Part shown: positions 62,501-64,000 of the stretch, piece after piece
How the letters are laid out: each line of letters begins with the position of its first letter
Position numbering within the stretch: position 1 is the first letter of the stretch
Source: an uncultured Verrucomicrobiae bacterium
GTDB taxonomy: Bacteria; Verrucomicrobiota; Verrucomicrobiia; Chthoniobacterales; Chthoniobacteraceae
DNA: 64,000 bases
Assembly (NCBI GenBank): GCA_963811035.1
Contig: CAWEPO010000004.1
Location: 6,331 to 70,330, forward strand
Direction of reading: 5' to 3'
Made by a program: the position numbers and the translations under genes
Notes under the pieces: model-generated
What the model was told of the DNA's origin: nothing
What the model saw: only the letters and a program-made list of their open reading frames with translations
Database searches by the model: none

Positions 62501-64000
62501 CCTGAATGACGCCGCGGATTTCATTGATCGTGCCGCTGGGGCTGCTGCCACCCAAGACGAACGTTTTCGCACCCGCGCCGGACGCACCGACGTTGCTGGT
62601 GAAGACCAGCGGAGTCGCGCCGGTTTCGTTCGCGAGCAGGATGGCGTTCACGCCGGTCGTGCCCGCGAGGTTCAGCACTTTGGCCGTGGTCTCGCCGGGG
62701 CCGTTATAGCTCAGGGTGCCCGCCACCGTCGTAGCGCCAAGACTCACCATGCCTGCATTGGCGCCAGTCCCGGTTACGGCATTATTGAGCGAACCCATGC
62801 CATTGATCACCAAGGTGCCCGCATTGACGTTCGTTGAGCCTCGGAACGTGGACGCCGTCCCCTCAATCGTCGCCGTGCCGGTGCCGGCTTTCGTGAAGAC
62901 GTGACCGCGGCTGGCGGCATTGATAATGCTGCCCGTTACCCGAATTTCACCCGTGGCAGTGAGGGTGAACGTGCGCAGGCCCGCGTTCTCAGACGACCGC
63001 CAGATGTCCCCCGTAAACGTCGCCAGACCACTGGAGGTATTGGCAATAGTAAGGGCCGCGATCTGCGTGCTGATACCCGCCGGGTTGAACGATGTGAAGC
63101 TGGCCCCGAAACCATTCCGGCCCGCGATAATCAAACCCTCGTTGGCCGCTGCGCCAGGCACGCCCGACAAGGTGCCGAAAGTGACGGTCTGGTTGATCGC
63201 GCTGGAGCCGCCGCTGACCCCGCGATCGACGAAGAGGGTCAGGCTGCCGGTCGTGTTGTCCGTGAGGCTGACATTTTTCCCTGCAAAACTCGCGGGCGCA
63301 TCGGTGCGGATTTCGAAAACACCGGTGCTGCCGCGGATGACACTGGCCGAAGTGCCGATGCCCAATTGCGCGCCATTGGAAAGGCGGATGGTGCCGGAAT
63401 CAGCACGGATATCGCCGATGTACGTGCTGTTATTGTTATTCAGGACCAGCGTGTTATTCAAGCCGCCTCGCGAAGACTTGTTAATGCCGGAGGTGCCGCT
63501 GACGCCGCCGATGAGCGTGCCATCGACGATGATATTGCCGGGACCGCCCGTGATGAAGAAACGCTGATCGTTCGCGGCAAAGAGGCTGCCCGTGCTGCTG
63601 ATCGTCATGTTGCCGGCCGCGGAGCCGATGCGCGCCTCGCCGATGCCGCTGTTGGCGATGAATCGCCCGGTGTACGTGTTGTTGCCGATGTTCAGGAAGG
63701 AGACGCCGACGGTGTTCGGGCCGCGACCGGCGACGTTGATATCCCTAGTGAAGGTGATGCCCGAGGTCCCGCCCTGTACCACCAACATGCCACCGGGGAT
63801 GCCCTGTGTGCCGGCGATGCCATTGATGAAGATCGGGGAGGTGCCGGCGCCCAGTTGCCCCACATTGCTCACGACCAGCGTGCCGGCGTTGATGTTGGTC
63901 TGGCCCGAGTAGCTGTTGGTATTGTTCGTCAGCGTGAGCACGCCGCCGCCATTGAGGCTAAGATTGCCAGTGCCCGTAATCTGCCCGGCGAAGGTGGTGC
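29526..64000 (-). CDS. giant PEP-CTERM-anchored beta-helical repeat protein (autotransporter-associated beta-strand repeat type), more than 11,471 aa, 5' end outside the window
   Basis: A single open frame runs from the TGA at 29526..29528 to the window edge. The listed M at 63941 is an internal GTG, and upstream codons still read ..TTFAGQITGTGNLSLNGGG. There are hundreds of ~30-aa units of the form G.G.L.L.G.N.YTG.T.I..GTL. Embedded PA14-like and Ig-like modules are present. There is no C-terminal beta-barrel, and the protein ends in a PEP-CTERM signal. Confidence 0.9.
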   Translation of the reverse strand, partial: TTFAGQITGTGNLSLNGGGVLTLTNNTNSYSGQTNINAGTLVVSNVGQLGAGTSPIFINGIAGTQGIPGGMLVVQGGTSGITFTRDINVAGRGPNTVGVSFLNIGNNTYTGRFIANSGIGEARIGSAAGNMTISSTGSLFAANDQRFFITGGPGNIIVDGTLIGGVSGTSGINKSSRGGLNNTLVLNNNNSTYIGDIRADSGTIRLSNGAQLGIGTSASVIRGSTGVFEIRTDAPASFAGKNVSLTDNTTGSLTLFVDRGVSGGSSAINQTVTFGTLSGVPGAAANEGLIIAGRNGFGASFTSFNPAGISTQIAALTIANTSSGLATFTGDIWRSSENAGLRTFTLTATGEIRVTGSIINAASRGHVFTKAGTGTATIEGTASTFRGSTNVNAGTLVINGMGSLNNAVTGTGANAGMVSLGATTVAGTLSYNGPGETTAKVLNLAGTTGVNAILLANETGATPLVFTSNVGASGAGAKTFVLGGSSPSGTINEIRGVIQDSSTPTTSLTKIGSNTWLYVPTAANYAAASSGITVTTGSANLNQMVLSSVAGLVLGQTISATPTNGPANGTIITAIDAATNTITLSANIGGTSIAANAGITFGAIGTGFTGGVNVAGGTMQFRPTANSGNGSNLIGNTAAITFATDPVNNDGAAGGIFEYQGSAAGATLIEQVGALTPTAGAGSVKVTANSGVPTLNFASLGTRGAGAALNLNPGAGTSITFTAAAGANGILGGYATFGSAGTDFAASVGAGGTATALTGQATLPTTGGVATTNYQSTATPGANLAAQSINSLKMANAQTITLAGIQTITSGGILFDNSTGAATIQNNGTAANTLGASASEVIITINGTTPANALTVSAVMSGGAGSLTKSGTGTLIVSGANAYTGTTTVNAGTLQLAGTGTLGASANLILRQGTTFDMNGVSLTGTNQINALTGPGLITNSAASGTATLQIGGATGAGHFAGLIQDGATAKIGLTKAGTGTIAFSGSHTYSGVTQLNAGNLDVTTLANIGTASGIGRGDATSDATNAASLVFNGGALRYVGTNAGGAVVATQTPSVSIDRLFTLAGNASIASFGSYGNNIAVRAANSAALIFNNTADVVFSGAGIRTLTLDGDSAGDNELRIRLKNNPNANEALSVTKLTGGLWILNPATANTYSGPTTITAGTLRAVDGLGLSSASNLVLGGGILETSGTFIRPIGTGAGQVGWVANTAGGFAAANSKLTVNFGGAGATQTWGSGGIGNGTGALILNSTTALFDTEVVNPINLNGAVRTIQVDDNTSTFMDFATVSGVISGSTGSGLTKTGGGLLYLTGANTYAGNTTLSAGNVVVSSIGGGSTAASAFGNGAGILTLNAGNLFYVGSGENVQRQINLAASSTIDSSGSGALVINNFVNSTAGAKTLTLDGFSNDANEMKAVLADNGGALSVTKGSGGGTWILSGANTYTGVTTVIGGGFLGIAGATTGTSGTAISTGRLDLGNAGIYAMNPGGLIIGNQVRISQGQSGVFTGTNAITLNGVVDLTTGGNATIVNSIVSPAVLTINGNLNNIDTTNARAFTIAGPGNTVITGSLTNTTGTGAMILALNTSGTVTFSGTQTTANAGTTITQGTLIANSNPLSGTGTLSMLGGVFQANTAFTGGNAISTLSLTGNGTNSANSAFATLTGANSVSVGTLVITASGTNPNQARSFFNNLSGANTLTVTGGVTLMNAGTGIGTLNLAGSGNTIISGAIVNGAAGPAGAGVVNYLGSGTLTLTADNTYTGATVLSGGATTLSGSGRIAGNATASITVNHGASLTLDNTGGNPTPVDRLGNKPLVLNGATFNFIGLGGGTPGSTEGTAGNTLTANSGESSINLTNNGGTTQLNFTTQAINTGGFINYTSNVALGTATNRVIFSTPPVLSPVTGGILARAAVNGTDFATYGANGIAAFSGYNVTNNLIGALSTDTMSITANADIITGRTLNALKLDTATVGSAGGFDSTLTLTSGGIFAVGGSSTLSVPRIALGAEGALHIGSGASLTVSGAFTGTTGLNKNLPGSLTLSGQQFYSGTTTFNKGTTDLTFGNNTLFPGQALTVNNGATLNLNGNVQHTGTLSGGTNPGSGGTINLGAGLLVTNMGGNGTFAGAITGTGGLARVGGSTLTVESPLAYSGPTVMMGGALTLRDSATLLNTSAITLNYANLTIDNNVNLQTNINDRVNDAAPLTLRGGSITFTGRASTFSSESLGALSAAQGANTITVGANGNATGQYATGDLTFASFARTPGATVNFVSGGGTLGAGGANPRIFATSGLANGTNNALGAWAIAGSTDFAGYNVAQGAGAVGTPGFVGYDATFAPGNITNLLAAAATTNLLSGTTTTGMLRIAGAFTNDITFTNAGDILNLQQGGLLRSANNNATSIGTAALRGILTAGGTETSGTRELIVYNASNTSGATVMTINSVISNNGAGNSVQFIKSGAGVLALTAQNLYSGGTIVNQGILELRGTNVNDVVIPAAGGLVINGGVQGTGATVTMFTNQGQIAAGTDVTLNGRATLTLVGTNSLGSLTFNNNGGEANNPTVNVGTALTLTSPSPISATTSNAAGVNTVTGGTLTLSNGANIIDVGAIQAAGFTYNNITPSLTIASIVAGAGANTSLSKTGNGLLLLSGANTFAGGVSVGGTDGGLIVSTVNSNPTTTVGGGTGSAVTAITNGPVGTGSVSMASGTKLMVNNASITLANPVSFAGNPIFDSTGLTGATLTLNGALSVPTGALNIAVLNPALTASLVGPITGLSGATSLTKTGLGNLNINLTGISSTAAITINDSTTTSLFHDGNGDVTPQVVSLGAITLDATVPVLTIGRAGQTVLWNQAVNKQLSPSSFGNLLNGINLTAANGYGLVAPNSVALSTAAPALFTIAGASNSNTVQALSLTGQVTGGPTGAGVVTFTKAGVGTLVLGNNATGAGANSFGGSGSVVDVTLGVLAVGSREALGNVGFIRLNPSAATGSILRVTDNLTLGTSDPRLQFGNATAANIKVLQVSEGKTLTLDNAFDTSIAQADLEIQDLGTVQFGANASNTAWTGALFIRGGVVKLDASSHGGALGTTAGATTISAGVAGANAALTLEGGISLAEPLIFGSQSGFNQAGALRSLAGANSVSSLLTANGVVTYIGADAGTLTLSGGLSSNAASTINFVGAGTINLTTTASGANLALALARPTASNAGALNIGVANPSLTGALTVNRGTLTVGVGGVGSVGGTGAITLGGNGTLAVNDTTTAVPNRLGSTRAITIQGGNFTYTANGGAVSSETLGTLNSAHGASTITLSNPGVTPANATLTFGALTTNVVGGGSVLTFASNETYNATTNRIIFTAGPTLTNSIIPRAVVIDASGTNFATYNGTGATGNIQAFSGYQTAIVSTPNAGLGNVIDNYQITTNAPPTPTTTSTVTFGISGDQVISGLNLRGINALKITGPGTDVTFGATGGNQLAIGTGNILVTGGGTSSLGSAGSVMSFGTTIAATTEGALLVDTGSTLNVNGAFANTANVTQGLGGNLNLNTKQYFNAGANYFTILGGTTTLAGGENTLWQGVQGGTAGQHFSIGFGATLDLNGNSQMVGDLRTPSSNAAIGGGGTITSVAPATFITANAASTWGGRITGGVFYNKTGAANLTFNYDNSYTGGTLINGATLTLQDAGQLSGLGAIDLNYGALALTDAGTIAMADRVNDGASFTLRGGTITLAGRDATNTSETLGDVLLAQGLSHIAPAVAANGTVRSAVLSLGNLTRSDSATLNVNTANGQMGNSSRLVIANGSSLLVNGIIPWAITQGNEFVSYVAPSAGNATGGLAGLNAAGYQGYDGSVLPLTSNPAGNYRLTATTTALPAGGLSINALNLVPGATSAVNFTAATDVLNLTAGTLLKSAAFNTTIGATLDSGRLTAGGAAAGVSDLYLFNFSANTTTINSRIVDNGVGRTRLVYSSLSTGPLVLTNGLNSYSGGTTINGGVTFGTGILDLSVAGADGGVTSAAIPQANTLASSLVVNAGNVRLQAANQIDFDITPILNGQATLSLNGFNQTLAGLTFNNNGGTAPQVTTGAGILTLNGNITASSSNAGTIASISGAGTGGVAVDLNGADRTFTVNPVTVNGNSTVANITPSLNITAPIGGAFAVIKAGDGLLQLGGASIFTGGVNVQTGGLAVGGSTNVTSRNASTGVADPFVNGPIGTGSLTLANGTFLTSSAAANTLNNDYTLGSSLTFRGTNNLTLNGATVLGANTTITVETPQAVLTLNGLIDDGGNTFGLTKEGLGTLLLGSNNSFTGGVTVNAGILTLAGLNAGSTAPVFAGSDATIGSGGMLSLQNNGTGNSGVITYANNIVVNGALSVANLHVGNNGANTANTIEVGSLTLNGGQTLNVSSANNYLLRLVNVAGDTVGGPVPQINPALGTTVVIFGYSGDKPINVGQGSLVFPDLVTIGTTTVLDTPTITLSGSYPLGIQNAVLTNAFLTGTAGYTSGGLNAAFSSLAATPAGVTILNSTVAGIGFSGSGFAANRLNDGVYGNRAEATNASMGTSEAVYNGFLEVTGGGNYTFRAGADDSMVLYIDGNAIITDPATLTTGHALTDLGAVTVNLTPGLHSIVYKGYNGGSTGAMRVLYSGSDTGGSFTTISPTRLYKNTAAPTLANAYAGAAIIDNDYTLAAGTAAAPNTATIDTFGSQFGAVIKETRTLTLDNNSALTVVNGTTGSFGTGFFAAGGSSVIGSGVVINTGNTATQGAGVLNLIGPITQSGTGLVSGPGASNALIKAGSGTLVLGGVYTGPSTFTGDLVIQSGFVQLNSPGALPTGQTTVANNGAGTALATSTTVSGSPTITVTSTAALQKGMLVTGTGIPAGAYIANIVDATTYTLSANATASGAANVTLTHLTGAMLDLNGQTAVTGNITINGAGAAPLAAGSSAALWNSSASAASLANALTLGSSASVGGYGDLTLGVINSAAGLTLTKQGTNTLNLTADNTATLLGPVTISLGTLKLGHAGALGATATSTTIASGAVLDTNGISNSEPFTISGVGRANVPTRNTLGALINTAAGTSTLGGAITLGANTSVGSDWINSVSGGLAGGNLAFGGPVGGAFTLTKVGSNTLTLTAANSYSATTLFQGSIVASGAGTLGNAGTVTLGQGLVSGGLPVNTLTLDNTASGISRLGTRPVTMTGAHLNLIGHATTAVNEALVAEGNILINNAYNVITLTNAGQNIRISTSGTTTNGTLQRANLGTALIRGTNLGSAAPAAGNTNVILGNLPTALFSGTTATTGANIRIIPWVIADPSATGNGTSAAATFATADATAGIRPLNTTTEMSTPAAGATVAAANNNRINAAAVTVSATGATTFTTTTVNSLMFETGGSLGISGNRNLVVDSGGILAKDSAAITGTGFLSATTANNIIIHTNGSSTTLTIDPAIGGPLTPPTAGLTKSGEGTLILNSPTGNSYTGQTRLNMGLVKFGTNAPDNALFYRAAAAPAINAVVATLSADPLVINAGATLDLNGHSQTVSQLVVGSTLPGAGGIVTNTAIGTPVDFHALQTSGLVFSGQIQGNLNLLRSGGSGAATWPLTDNNSYTGTTTLMGGLTQLIDQGRLSGTSGIFLNNAVLQWNDTGLQALASRIASNVPITFDGGAFEVLSRAGTNSLVTLGDISLAGGNALIRQSAGGAANFGVSTIHLGGTFNRSTGSTLTFTSGNGVFGDNPFLTAAAGSLTTNTNGIVGGWLTAITSNGTTANSNADFVTYDVNAGFRPLNLVQQTTSFATSLGASNLRLGANGTIVPVAGNQTINSLTMNGAAVTVAFPTATDTLTVTSGGVIAGTDANARTIGSTAVRGKLTSGGSELFLHSGSANGLIVNSDITGTLNLVMDSMSLTGGQVITLNNANSYVGSAYANGVIVNLGAPPVNATTNFVPSTTANAITGNLIINGGTINGTDSNLIANAAVRLQAANQIADAATVTVRGTSQLDLNGFNDTIANLAFNSQGGSNANQGPLVQTGAGTLTIASGGSISATNLSNVGVVPVLAGNVSLPSTIGINVATVGGTAVNGNGQIGLALNANIFGGATINKTGAGVLQLGGVSTSVTTINVNDGTIVLGPNTGGGSNFANAQVNLTSGAILDLRGQTNTQIGSVVGSGTIKNFSFNTAGTLVTGSDNVANTSFTGTITSDYTSGILNVTKIGTGNWNLGADNSASIVGTLQVANGTVTLDSATARNGFITTILSEGGTLTLDNSTNALSNRLGGTTSIGAATPDRAISMRGGTLNFLGGASSVTEALNTVTNLEGSSQWTLTAGTAPTTISMASVAASSTTNRGSLTLNAGSGQLGGGTAASGRVNVIATTTNVVANIRPDFIGIDSSGVGLVTSDANGFRLLTSADTALGYFNPNTASAVYLGNAAPAIFAATGGVTSNAATTANADVSTAVGMYAGTALNSLTLSSGGGVTSLSGGLAGPLFNAAGAINTLTLSTGTSSAALLAKTGNLGLTGGAISTAGVSALYLHALGDLTSTAYITGAGGASIVKDGPGTLNLNQKSLVATNFFVNEGTVKLGAGANTLLVVPTATTATVQDLIINSGTLDLNGNSQAVARLTNTSGANFAANAGSLVNTSATPATLFTNNPVTTFAGIIGGTGGNNLSLDKSGANAFTLTSASPYTGATNIRGGSLVLQDNGALTGGGAINANFATLSLVNSSLSHIASRTGGSAINLTGGTLSVTPRLEGETVTNIGALTLAGGQNLIAIQAQPGIGGSVNLSGTTLARTAGSGAMLNITTGTGQIGRGTALTAGQSPQLTFSTPPAVTQNLIGGWAIGNGTDFLTYLTTPSASGAVGVGLLGDLGSGFADYTTTITAAGNITSAATANTKATGNFNTNVSGATSLNSFNHTVTTAGNNLTYTLFSDTLTLTTGGFLHTGNVTSAAGQNIDYGRLTSPAAELFLFNNQNTWTINSRITGANKAVFSAGTGGSTIVLTDGTSTLPKAATTNGTTTVTLGSGTGTFDGQSVSGPGIPANTTIVSGGGTTTIVLSNAATTSANDFLTFGSTGATTLAGVTAASGATTLTGVTAAQAATMYIGQPLFGTVAGMPAGATITNIVGTTVTISAATTAALATNQIVIGTPGNNYTGGTVVNNGATLTLTPAGPGQVVVPSAGGLTINGGAVNFGGTANFGLIAPATAVTINGSGSLTFPNYTAVAPATTITNTLASVAFNNNGGTTTPALALGAPAAGQVSKVILSGAAAITAVNDNYATTPAISGTFTSATQFASLEFSNASPVINVTGLSPMGLIISAAITQNAGNTNAVSKTGAGSLVLNSASSNWTTGLALNGGTLILDAASTPSTAGSPLISTSTGPLGIGALSIAANTTLQSGTAVRAIANNVNVNGNFTFGGPLAVNGVTLNGVTNLGGATRTVTVTSPLNISTLGGQIANGGLSKAGDGILRIANAGNIYTGGTTVSAGLLQMNTVANALPLTTALVVGSTGTFDIAGLATTIGSLSGETALLGGLVTNSGAAAALTVGLGNASSTFAGILAQGTNALNLAKIGTGSLNLTNTNTSTGTLAVNQGSVILSAAGQMLFGTDTLNSGGTLSLDNSGTGLNNRLGGATKNVTISGGTLAMNGNGSAAVSETIGTLTISNGGGVIALTGAGGLGTAFAVTTLAAQATGGSAVLSGDNLNLAAGAGNATFTATTANFLAGQGGGVNGATNANGGVTNSIRSDILGANTAGGAPTGFLTKDSVTGGFRPLTTAELATTLATSATTNFGNFAAPQTYTNAAATTTSANSLSLITANGISSNGAGQSIQGGVLQRYNAGAALNSLTLTTGGVFANTSTALNVGSLTTTGNVQYHFHTVGAATVLDLNGFLTGTTGGLTKADPGTLNVNFPAYYTGTTTVNGGTLNLNTGAANTLAIAVSNTAATAQAVAINGGTLDLNGQDQVVAAISNNNALGGTGGTITSTAAANLISSTATGSTFAGSIGGALNFYKAGASTLVLTGANTYTGTTTIQGTGLTLQDSGTLASTTINLNGGALNLVNNGLANNNARIAAGALLNLNGGTIALTGANQANTNTTIGSTGAGVSLLQGLNTVTVTPPAVATNGTAALTIGTITRSSGAAAVFNAAGLGSTLPGAGQIFLTNVPALTGNILGGWATAGATAAASDSWATNAAAQSLAATTVVNTNAVTLTAGNTAQMVVGQPVSGTGIPAGSFITAITSGTAFTISQNATASGAPTVTFTAAGIVPLNSTAYTNITATGLQGAATTATGNYSVQVNSATAVQLATGGNTVNSLQIAPTGTTGATLDLNGGILAVTAGGIMRSSANLANTSITNGALTAGAAGVGGELFFALNNTTNAMTVSAVIANNAGGAVTLVKSGTGNAPLTLSAANLYSGGTVVNSGTVTMAGSVANSVVLPGDLTINNGGTVNTTATANLQMSPTANVTVNGGGTFTLAGLTTASTSYDLNSLTFNNNGGTANPSIVLPGVATGVLRLGAAVPISASSDNIGSVATIGGTGSLNLTNAAPVISVTTNLLSKVAPDLNISGIISAAGGQIEKTGNGVLALSGANTFTTGVKLTNGSLILNNAAALGTVAGTFTIGDATTANTVPLTIMAGSAGLTTNAIPVVVNRDFTFGGTVSTNNLNLAGTVNLGAVARTITVTSPAVTGTLSGALSSTSAGGLIKAGPGALTVSFANTNANFNAAPITVSGGVLKNGVTNALPNSSLLTVNAGAVYDLNGITTTNVGQISQQIAGTGLITNAGTAVATLTVGGIAANDNATAATSTFDGVIANAAQALTLVKVGTGNFTLTGANLYTGATQVVAGTLTIGADNTLPITTALTVGTSNTTLATGGILDATNFSQTVGSLTVASNTNAVTNEIKIGSGKTLTVNGNVTLGSNTSAADITNVNFTGGGTLAQISSGGTFIVGGATGATNADAATANLTGLSALTASLGTTGTFRVGDNNAGGNAGAVGASTLRLPATSTITAGTLGIGDAATQSVTHTLRLGGGVNTLNANTINVGSNSTGPGRSGGTLNFDGATGSLVIRSAADPVNGRADMNVVSSVAATGGSFVGLFDTLGHNADLRLGTLVVAGRTGANTGSATGTFSFDTGTVDVNEITAGNKGSATTGGANAGTLNFQGGTVTVNAVANPVQLGVNASNNGSSSGTLNVAGSTVTIGANGGNSIRLGQATVAAGTANGTINVTGGSLTVAGDIIRGTATGTSTAVLNLNGGTLEMGGNRIGGAVAGSNLTSLTFASGTLRNVAQINSGAAISKTTAGTLILAGTNSYTGQTNVNLGTLLLNGTNNGATGTVVTLAASGSTLGGNGSNAAAVTINSGTFLSPGSVATAGTVGTLTIGAANTTALTVAGSYLADVGAGANNVDLVALTGANANVNLTGGTISFNSISAPDQGKYTVLSFTGTRTGTFTNGTLPANYAVTYFANEVALQHLADQSFARTSAATVNAFVNTGVPLTGTLTNTAPTQSIDLLVGLSSTGSLTVDSFTPANGTAVVVGTPQAVTGTIQTGASLGAQTWAVTNTDLGSVTTAATINGTVNVFRHGTPTKLPTSTLDFGRVLVGSSPAAQGVTISNDTFGTPVANTGGITWTAGALPSGFTGGGANSTGVVASGDGSLYNYSLNTATAGVFTGGQTFTFADDASILGAGSLGTLTVNVTGNPVNQRTFTSPGTVSLGRRLLGSTLSQNATITTAGLHNVTTDSTLLAYGGSAINGLTLTGADAFIDGSNSSDNIVRAISGTLSGTAGTLTGTFNLNATDELAGGVTNAASVSYTVDALNQRLFGSPGTVDLGRVLLGTTFNHSATITTAGLHAVTTDSTLAAYAGGAINGLTLSGGPDAILGTNASDNILRSITGTLAGTAGTLSGTFNLNATDELAGAVSNAASVSFTANGVNQRLFTNPGIVNFGRVLNGAVLSQGVMITTSGLHATTTDSTLLAYGGSAINGLTLTGGPDAILGTNANDTINRTISGTFSGTGVINGTFNLNATDELAGAVTNAAAVQFTVNQVNQRTFGSPATVDLGRVLLGTTFNQAATITTSGLHADTTDSTLLAYGGSAINGLTLSGGPNFVDGSIASNNIGRTITGTLAGTAGTLTGTFNMNATDELAGSVTNAASISYTVNGVNQRLFTSPATIDLGRRLIGFAVNQNATITTSGLHATTTDSTLAAYAGGTSNGLTLSGGPTSILGANASDNIVRNINGTLTGTAGSTVSGTFNLNATDELAGAVTNAASVSYTGTAINKRAFTSPGQIDFGRVLLGSALSQGATITTSGLHATTSDSTLAAYSGSAINGLTLTGGPSVINGANASDNINRTVSGNLTGTAGILTGTFNLNETDEIAGVLTNAASVSYTVNGVNQRLFTNPATVDFGRVLNGATLSQNVIITTSGLHLTTTDSTLLAYAGSTINGLTLTGGPSFINGTNASDNISRTISGTFSGTGVINGTFNLNATDELAGAVTNAAAVSFTVNQVAQRLFTGPGTVDLGRKLLGATINQNATITTSGLHATTTDSTLAAYAGSAINGLTLSGGPNQILGTNSSDNIVRNINGTLTGTAGTLTGTFNLNATDELAGAVTNAASVAYTVNGVNQRAFTNPGTLAFGRLVIGNALSAQNAVITTAGLHNVTTDSTLLAYSGSAINGLTLSGGPTSIDGSAASNNITRAIGGTVTGTAGNAIGGTFNLNATDELAGAVTNAASVTFSGTAVNARTITNPATTSIGLVHQGASVSGSTNAFSSTGLVAATTSTRVAATGSTSNGITVTGSATDLDGSASPQTGTRNFSGAFSTPGPISGAITVGVTTLENGGAGLLNESAYAPVSIAYSADVYSGKAQWNNTGSANWDNHSNWKDTLSSVLAGTPGLAGIAGDTALFSSGITSNTVVSLNGVSPVVSAVTFNNAANTFTLAQGSGGTLTLDNGASAATITNTAGNHTISAPVQMASDTTVSVANTHGLTLSGAVGGAKALSKTGGGTLVLSGPNTYSGATIITGGVVSIGASNNLGNASATNTLAITNATLRNTGAAVDLGANRTIAITGTGTIESTGANVLTLPGVISGGAFTKAGSGTAVLSGANTYSGATTIGAGLVSIGASNNLGDGSATNTIAITDATLRNTGAAVDLGANRTIAITGTGTFDVTGANVLTASGVVSGGNVTKTGPGALVLSGTNTYTGLTSIDGGEVRASIEANLGATPASPTATSLTLNSGKLRATATFGLSANRGVTVTTLGGGIETNSGVTLSIAGPIAASASGTLTKTGAGALTLTGATGTNTLNASVAAGTVNFGAGDTTAANPNHRLLSLSVAAGANVTITAGGNKVLSTGALTLDSAATLDLTNNALVVDGGGSVFASLDASITSAYNTGLWDGPGLRSSAAASDAQYITAIGILNNNLGGTAIYDGSNPFMGGRNPGLNSILVRYTYYGDTNLDGTVTGADYTRIDSAYNLLHDTDPLNDPAINWLNGDFNYDNAIDGMDYSLIDTAYAFQTGAPLSPELLGSRQAQFGDSYTGGLPLAAVPEPASTALLATGALLLGAFRRRRKS
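29529..29612 (-). other. PEP-CTERM sorting signal (C-terminus of the giant protein)
   Basis: LAAVPEPASTALLATGALLLGAFRRRRKS*: a VPEP motif, a hydrophobic span of about 17 aa and an Arg-rich tail. VPEP is encoded at 29595..29606. Confidence 0.85.
29697..29879 (-). other. dockerin-like pair of EF-hand-type Ca-binding loops
   Basis: DTNLDGTVTGADYTRIDSAY ... DFNYDNAIDGMDYSLIDTAYAF. There are two D-x-N/D-x-D-G/N-x-[VI]-x-x-x-D-[Y] loops, each followed by a short helix and spaced about 40 aa apart, as in type I dockerins. Confidence 0.55.
30637..31194 (-). repeat. in-frame tandem duplication, 2 x 279 nt (93 aa), inside the giant gene
   Basis: LSGPNTYSGATIITGGVVSIGASNNLGNASATNTLAITNATLRNTGAAVDLGANRTIAITGTGTIESTGANVLTLPGVISGG versus LSGANTYSGATTIGAGLVSIGASNNLGDGSATNTIAITDATLRNTGAAVDLGANRTIAITGTGTFDVTGANVLTASGVVSGG. 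Nucleotides 30741..30817 and 31020..31096 are identical (77 nt, offset 279). The plus-strand shadow ORFs 30637..30915 and 30916..31194 mirror the duplication. Confidence 0.85.
32013..35120 (-). repeat. nine in-frame tandem repeats of ~345 nt (114-117 aa), Ig-like/beta-sandwich units, inside the giant gene
   Basis: Unit starts (first base of the N/A codon of NQR[LTA]F, NKRAF or AQRLF) fall at 35120, 34775, 34430, 34088, 33743, 33395, 33050, 32708 and 32363. Unit consensus: NQRLFTSPGTVDLGRVLLGT..NQSATITTSGLHATTTDSTLAAYAGSAINGLTLSGGP..ILGTNASDNI.R.I.GTL.GTAGTLTGTFNLNATDELAGAVTNAASVSYTVNGV. A degenerate 10th unit spans 32012 to ~31660, and two divergent units lie upstream at ~35830-35121. Confidence 0.9.
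50136..50640 (-). other. PA14-like carbohydrate-binding domain embedded in the giant protein (about aa 4430-4600 of the windowed ORF)
   Basis: ...GFSGSGFAANRLNDGVYGNRAEATNASMGTSEAVYNGFLEVTGGGNYTFRAGADDSMVLYIDGNAIITDPATLTTGHALTDLGAVTVNLTPGLHSIVYKGYNGGSTGAMRVLYSGSDTGGSFTTISPTRLYK. The core Y.G.l.v...G.YtF....DD...lyidG followed by G.h.i.v.y......a.l.l.w matches my memory of PA14. Confidence 0.7.
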
